Below, in pieces: positions 58,288-64,000 of a DNA stretch of 64,000 nucleotides (positions are counted from its first letter, which is position 1; the number at the start of each line of letters is the position of its first letter). The notes under the pieces were generated by a model that saw only the letters and a program-made list of their open reading frames with translations, did no database searches and had not been told where the DNA came from. This DNA is from TPA_inf: Saccharomyces (Eukaryota), in assembly GCA_000146045.2 (NCBI GenBank), contig BK006938.2, forward strand, positions 896,001 to 960,000, given 5' to 3'. The position numbers and the translations under genes are program-made.

Positions 58288-58947
58288 ATGGCCATCGAAA
58301 CAATACTTGTAATAAACAAATCAGGCGGACTAATCTATCAGCGGAATTTTACCAACGACGAACAGAAATTGAACAGCAATGAATACTTAATTCTTGCTAG
58401 TACACTGCACGGTGTATTCGCCATCGCGAGCCAGCTGACTCCGAAGGCATTACAGCTAACTCAACAAACGAACATCGAAAATACCATCCCATATATACCT
58501 TACGTGGGCATGTCCAGCAATAGGAGCGATACAAGAAATGGAGGTGGCAATAACAACAAACACACTAATAATGAAAAACTGGGCAGTTTTAAAGGAGATG
58601 ATTTTTTCAAAGAACCATTTACGAACTGGAACAAGAGCGGATTGAGACAACTATGCACGGATCAGTTCACGATGTTCATATATCAGACCCTAACCGGCCT
58701 GAAGTTTGTCGCTATCAGCTCCAGCGTCATGCCCCAGAGACAGCCAACTATAGCCACCACCGACAAGCCTGACCGACCCAAGAGTACATCCAATTTGGCC
58801 ATCCAAATAGCCGACAACTTCCTAAGGAAGGTTTACTGTTTGTATAGTGACTACGTCATGAAAGACCCATCTTACTCAATGGAAATGCCTATAAGATCTA
58901 ACCTGTTCGACGAAAAAGTCAAAAAAATGGTAGAAAACCTACAATAG
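58288..58947 (+). CDS. TRS23: TRS23 TRAPP complex subunit (sybindin-like), 219 aa
   Basis: Longin/sybindin fold N-terminus ([21 protein letters not shown]). Length and position match. Confidence 0.82.
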
Positions 58948-59132
58948 ACGCACGCGCCATCGGAAGATAAACGCATTCACACCAAGAAAATAAATACTAC
59001 GTACTTCTAGAACTAAGAAGAAGTTGCCGCTCTCCGTCTCCTCCTTCATAAATAGGGATAGCTTTTACTACTACGTACGAAAAAAGACCACACTGCGACG
59101 GATCCTCTGCATCCCAACACCAGCGATAGAAA

Positions 59133-59333
59133 ATGCGCCGCCTATATCGTCATCTTGCTTCCTTTTTCTTACTCCCTTCCTGCCCTGGAAACACCATACA
59201 ATCCATCACATCATATCCTGCCAATGCACTATTACGCAGCTTTCGGCACGTGAGTACGGAAACACCAGTTCGGAACCGGGTACACAATAGGGATAGTCAA
59301 AGCTGTCCATTTTTTCCGCTGATGGATGACTGA
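59133..59333 (+). CDS. Small ORF YDR246W-A (66 aa), putative protein of unknown function
   Basis: A 66-aa ATG-initiated ORF in a GC-rich intergenic island. I recall an annotated small ORF at this location, but there is no functional evidence visible in the sequence. Confidence 0.3.
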   Translation: MRRLYRHLASFFLLPSCPGNTIQSITSYPANALLRSFRHVSTETPVRNRVHNRDSQSCPFFPLMDD

Positions 59334-60012
59334 TACCAAAGTGTAACCCAAAAGGGGTAGTCGATCCTACTTTTACCAGTTACGTTAAAGGGACCAAAAC
59401 GTGGGGAAGGGATGCCGCCACCACCACCGCCACTACCCCCGCCAACATGGCCTAACTTAGCAGTCCTCGCTTGTGTATCTAGGTCCGCGTCCGCTAATTC
59501 GCGCGGCTTGCCACTTAACCCCGTCCAGTTAATTTGCCAAGCAGCGGCCGCACGTTGGAACGTTTTCGCCGATTTATTTATTATTATTTATACATGTTGA
59601 CGTTGGTGCCCTTTTGTTTATACTGGAGCCTAAAACGTACCTCAATTAAATTTAGTGTGCCATATTATAGTGCTATTAAACCTTTATTTTTATTTTTAAT
59701 TTTAAAACTGCTTTGGTTCTCTCCCTCCCTTACCGTTGCCACCTTAAGACTCACTGATATTTATTCATACTTACAAGTGCTATAAGAAAAGACTTGATTT
59801 ATTAGCTTTACAGCGTTTTTACATTTGTGTCACTGCTATTATATTTTTGTTTACCTCTTTTTGTTGCTGGTGTTGGCGCTACCATTGTTTTTTTGTTTTA
59901 TGAGTTACGTTTACAAAAGTTCTTAACATTTACTGTACGATAATATACTAAGGTGAAATACTAAAGTAAAATAAAATAAGAGAAAGAAAAAAAAAAAAAA
60001 AAGAAAAAAGTA

Positions 60013-61398
60013 ATGATGATGTTCCATAATTGCAGAATTAATAACTACTTAATAACTTCTCAAATTGGCGAAGGCGCGTACGGTCTGGTTTACCGTGCCT
60101 TAGATATTCGTACCGATAGACAATACGCTATCAAAGCGGTTGTTCAAAGTTACGGTGTTAGCAAGGAGGCTGATATGGGCAATGATAAAATACACAAAAA
60201 TAGCGTGAAATTGCAAAAGAAGCTCGCTAAACTGTTCAAGGAATCGAAAAACGTTGTCAGGGTGCCCTCTATAGATCTAGAATCAATTGAGAATATGTCA
60301 GAAGAAGATTTTAAAAAGCTGCCCCATTATAAAGAGATTTCGCTACACCTAAGAGTCCACCATCATAAGAACATTGTCACCATACATGAGGTGCTACAAT
60401 CTGCAGTCTGCACGTTCATTGTCATGGATTATTACCCAACAGACCTATTCACGTCTATTGTAGATAACAGACATTTTGTCACTAATGGACTGCTAGTAAA
60501 AAAGGTTTTTCTACAGATCTGTTCTGCTCTTAATTATTGCCATGAGCACGGCATCTACCACTGTGACATCAAGCCTGAAAACTTGCTACTGGATACAGAA
60601 GATAACGTTTTCCTATGCGATTTTGGTCTATCCACTACTTCCACATATATAAAGCCAAATGTTTGCATTGGTAGCTCGTATTATATGCCCCCTGAAAGAA
60701 TCTCATTTGATGGGAGAGTTTCCAGCTCTAAAAGTGGGGGACATAAGTTGGGTAAGGTTTGTCCCTCATGTAATGGCGATTTGTGGTCATTAGGTATCAT
60801 CCTTATCAATTTGACATGCATCAGAAATCCCTGGCTGAAGGCTGACAAAACCGAGGATAATACCTACTATTATTTCACTAAGGATCCCAATATACTAAAG
60901 CAAATCCTACCGCTTTCCGATGACTTTTACTCATTATTATCTAAGATTTTACAAGTGAATCCGAAGAATAGAATGAGCTTGCAAGAGTTGATGAAAGAAG
61001 TTAGTTCTATTACAAGCTTCACCAATGAAGGCCCGTTATCAAAAGTGCCGCCTCTTTCCAAGTCTGTTTATGAAAAGTTCGTTAGCCCCGTCGATAACAC
61101 GAATGAGAATTTGTCTCCAAAATCCTACGTGTACATGCACGATAGTAAAGCTGCCAAGAATTTATCTTATACATCTTCAAGTGAGGAAGAAGATGGAATC
61201 AAAGAAGGGATAGACGATGATAATGGCAGTCGCAGTGGCAGTTTCGGAACGCTAGACACAGACACTGGATTGCATTCTTCGTTCACAAGCACTTCTTGCG
61301 AGTCCGATAACGAATGTTCTAAGATTTCCAACAAATTTTCCTTGTTCGAAAAAAAATTCAACGAACTTCGCATGAGTTCCTCTTCTTTAACTAACTAA
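60013..61398 (+). CDS. VHS1: VHS1 Ser/Thr protein kinase, 461 aa
   Basis: Kinase subdomains: GEGAYGLVY (Gly loop), AIK (VAIK Lys), HCDIKPEN (catalytic loop), DFG, and an APE-like PPE. Confidence 0.85.
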   Translation: MMMFHNCRINNYLITSQIGEGAYGLVYRALDIRTDRQYAIKAVVQSYGVSKEADMGNDKIHKNSVKLQKKLAKLFKESKNVVRVPSIDLESIENMSEEDFKKLPHYKEISLHLRVHHHKNIVTIHEVLQSAVCTFIVMDYYPTDLFTSIVDNRHFVTNGLLVKKVFLQICSALNYCHEHGIYHCDIKPENLLLDTEDNVFLCDFGLSTTSTYIKPNVCIGSSYYMPPERISFDGRVSSSKSGGHKLGKVCPSCNGDLWSLGIILINLTCIRNPWLKADKTEDNTYYYFTKDPNILKQILPLSDDFYSLLSKILQVNPKNRMSLQELMKEVSSITSFTNEGPLSKVPPLSKSVYEKFVSPVDNTNENLSPKSYVYMHDSKAAKNLSYTSSSEEEDGIKEGIDDDNGSRSGSFGTLDTDTGLHSSFTSTSCESDNECSKISNKFSLFEKKFNELRMSSSSLTN

Positions 61399-61757
61399 CC
61401 CCCTCCTTTTTGGCACAAAAGTGTACTACACATCTGTTTTAAGCCCACAATTGATAGACCTTCTCTTGATGATCATCTGTTTTCCCGAAAATATTACTTG
61501 CCAAAGCAAGTTGTAGTTATATTCACACTTCCGTTATGACCCCCTCATCCGTTTAATGTTATTTGTTTTTATGGTATTCCCTTTATTCATTTTTTTTCTT
61601 GCTTTTTTTTGTTGATCCCTGTAACCCCTTTTTTTTTTTTGGAAGTTGCTATTATTATTCATTCACATTTGTTCTGTCTTTGTTAATTTTCCAGGTCACC
61701 GTATTTAATTTCTATATAACTGTTTCTAATATTTACTTCGTTTTATCCAAGCGTTAT

Positions 61758-62339
61758 TTACTCAATATTCAAAACTTTACTTTTTACCACCTGTATAACA
61801 TCTTTTTCAATTTGATAAAACGTTTTGAAATCTAAGGGAACAATGTCACAGTCAGTTTCGTCGTTGATGTCTGGTAACTCCAGATCCCTGAATTGAGACT
61901 CCATCATATCAGCTTTCATGAAATGACCCTTCCTTGTTTTGAGCCTTTTCAGAACTTCTATTTTACTTGCATACAAAAAGATAAAATGGAACTCCGATTC
62001 AGGGCATGTGTGCCTAATCAAATCTCTGTATTTCTTCTTCAAGCTCGAGCAAGCAACAATTGACAAATGCTCCTTAGTGCTTGCTGCAGCTTTTGTAGAT
62101 TCTACGGCAACTTTTTTCAACCAGTCCCAACGGTCGTCGTCATTTAATGGAATCCCTCTTGTCATCTTTTCTACGTTGGCAGGCGGGTGTAAATCATCAC
62201 CTTCGATGAATTTCAAATCCGGGTATATATCTTTAAATTCATGGATTAGTTCACCTGCAATGGTTGATTTTCCTGTACCTGCAGTACCTGCCAATACAAT
62301 AACCTTAAATTTCCCCATAGTTTTGTGTTTCTCTGTCAT
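61758..62339 (-). CDS. YDR248C probable gluconokinase (P-loop kinase), 193 aa
   Basis: P-loop GTAGTGKSTIAGEL and a gluconate/shikimate-kinase-like fold. ATG at 62337-62339. Confidence 0.75.
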   Translation of the reverse strand: MTEKHKTMGKFKVIVLAGTAGTGKSTIAGELIHEFKDIYPDLKFIEGDDLHPPANVEKMTRGIPLNDDDRWDWLKKVAVESTKAAASTKEHLSIVACSSLKKKYRDLIRHTCPESEFHFIFLYASKIEVLKRLKTRKGHFMKADMMESQFRDLELPDINDETDCDIVPLDFKTFYQIEKDVIQVVKSKVLNIE

Positions 62340-62680
62340 CAACTGCGTTGTCCATCCATACGCTTACTGAGACACTATGAAAGCCTGTTTAGTCTTCGGA
62401 AAGCTATTTATTGCTTGCTACTTGAAAACCTTTTGATTATCGATATTTTTTAACGGGACCTTATATAATTATTGCTTGGAAACTAACGGTGTTATAATTT
62501 TTGACAAACTAATTAGCGACGTAATGAAAGCAGAAAAACCGCAAGAATATGAGAAAGGGAAAATATCAAAGAAAACAAAATATATTCCTTATATAACACC
62601 ATCTTTTGTACATAAATGAATTGGCAAGCACATATTGTGCATGCATGCAAGGGGCAGAATCTTAATACTAAGTAATTTAA

Positions 62681-63802
62681 TTATGCAAACATAACCCCGT
62701 ATTGAGGCCTTCCGCCGCATTTAACGACCAAATCTATGAGTTTTAAATCAGACACCCGCCTTAACAGGTCCCATATAGTGCTATCAGATAAAAGTTCGTT
62801 TTCTGTCAATGATGGATTGTAATAATATTTCAGGATAAATTTCTCTATGAGCTGTAATCTTGATCTATTCTGCAAAAAAAACTCAAAGTTCAGACTCCCT
62901 AGTGAATCAGCATACGTGAAATATAATAAAAATATTACAGTCGTAAGGGGTTCAATAGACGCTAGTTTTTGCACTGTAGATCCAGAGACGTATAGGATTA
63001 AATCTATTGATTCAAATAGAGAAACAAAGGTAAACTTAGGGCTTAGGTCAGTTCCTTGCATATCAATACCTTGAAAAAACCATTCTATAAAAGGGGATAT
63101 CACATCATATGGATTCTTCAAAGTAAAATGATTACCTAGAGACTTCACACATTCCCTACGTGTTAAAAAAATATGCATATTGTTGTAAAAGTTTTTAGGG
63201 AAGTCTTCTTTCGATGTATCTTCAGTGTTCATTGAACACAAGTCTAGCTCTTTAGATGTATCAAAATCGCCATTCTGCATATCTTGATAGTGCTTTCTGG
63301 GAAGAAAATGAGAAATATTTTTCAACAGGATAGGATGATGATCTAGTAGTAGTCTAAAAAAAGTTTCATGCTCAAATAATGTAGGGATCACAATATTTCT
63401 TGAATAAGCTTTTATATTACTTACGCCAAACTCCAGGGGATCGAAAAGATATTTTTCCCACATGATCTTCGATAATAATGAAAAAGATGGCTTCAAGCAA
63501 CTATAGAAGAACCTGTTCAAGGTGACCATCGACGGTTCACCCTTTGTGAAAACGAAAATATGTTGAATAATCTCTACAGGTAAATCTTGCAAAGTTAGCT
63601 TTTGATGATGCCTAAGTTTCTTCGCAGGAAGCCTGATAGTCCTTTGATCTTCCGATATTGGCCTCTTGGATGAAACCCGGGTCTCTAAGAGATGCACATG
63701 GTGCTGCAAGTTTATCGAAGACGATGCATACCGATGCAAAGGAAGTGCATGTTTCTTTCTCTTATCATGACGGCTAGAATATCCTGTCAAAATATAACCC
63801 AT
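62681..63802 (-). CDS. YDR249C uncharacterised protein, 373 aa
   Basis: An ORF of the right length and position. ATG at 63800-63802; the track adds a GTG codon upstream. Confidence 0.7.
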   Translation of the reverse strand: MGYILTGYSSRHDKRKKHALPLHRYASSSINLQHHVHLLETRVSSKRPISEDQRTIRLPAKKLRHHQKLTLQDLPVEIIQHIFVFTKGEPSMVTLNRFFYSCLKPSFSLLSKIMWEKYLFDPLEFGVSNIKAYSRNIVIPTLFEHETFFRLLLDHHPILLKNISHFLPRKHYQDMQNGDFDTSKELDLCSMNTEDTSKEDFPKNFYNNMHIFLTRRECVKSLGNHFTLKNPYDVISPFIEWFFQGIDMQGTDLSPKFTFVSLFESIDLILYVSGSTVQKLASIEPLTTVIFLLYFTYADSLGSLNFEFFLQNRSRLQLIEKFILKYYYNPSLTENELLSDSTIWDLLRRVSDLKLIDLVVKCGGRPQYGVMFA

Positions 63803-64000
63803 GGCCACTTATTCTAAAAATACACTGCGTGAAAAAAGCACTGCTTACTTTAACAACATTAGTCCTCTTTAAATATATTTCATTACTCATCGCAAACTGA
63901 ACAATTCTTGATGCTTAATTCTTACTAGCTGCAAAAAAGACAAGATGAAACGCGGTGTATGGTTGGACGATATAGTCTTATCCTAAATACACACAACATA

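Noticed and set aside
59412-59600. A 62-aa ORF beginning MPPPPPPLPPPTWP... in the GC-rich island
   Set aside because: The polyproline arises from a ccaccaccaccgccactacccccgcc run, and another ORF overlaps it in a different frame. There is no support beyond being open, so it is kept only as part of the GC-island finding.

Overview
This window reads as a collinear stretch of the Saccharomyces cerevisiae nuclear genome, chromosome IV right arm, running from the 3' two-thirds of ADR1 (YDR216W) through YDR249C. I recognise the gene order and the proteins from memory; no search was run. The ORF track accepts non-ATG starts (TTG, GTG) and labels them M, so several track ORFs carry spurious N-terminal extensions. 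I trimmed these to the internal ATG that reproduces the known protein lengths, checking each ATG by hand.

Contents:
- About 31 verified or uncharacterised protein-coding genes, none with introns. They include RAD9, SPR28, MFB1, GTB1, CRF1, the divergent histone pair HTB1-HTA1, ADK1, SIR4, PCF11, IVY1, COX20, HEM1, RTN1, LYS4, PRP42, FMN1, MRPL7, SEC26, SNU56, AMD2, PRP28, PEX5, MNN10, TRS23 and VHS1.
- Three dubious ORFs that overlap other features.
- One intron-containing tRNA-Tyr(GUA) gene. A Ty3 sigma LTR ends 16 bp upstream of it, and Ty1/Ty2 delta LTR remnants lie further upstream, which is a classic Pol III-linked retrotransposon landing pad.
- Smaller features: the histone UAS/NEG divergent promoter, an ACS match 3' of HTB1 (candidate ARS), an Ndt80-type MSE upstream of SPR28, a GATAA cluster upstream of AMD2, a CAG/CAA microsatellite encoding the PCF11 polyQ tract, poly(dA:dT) tracts, and two unusually GC-rich intergenic islands that each carry a NotI site.

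I see no foreign, prokaryote-like or otherwise unexplained coding block, so I do not claim a novel system here. The findings below are the places I would look again.
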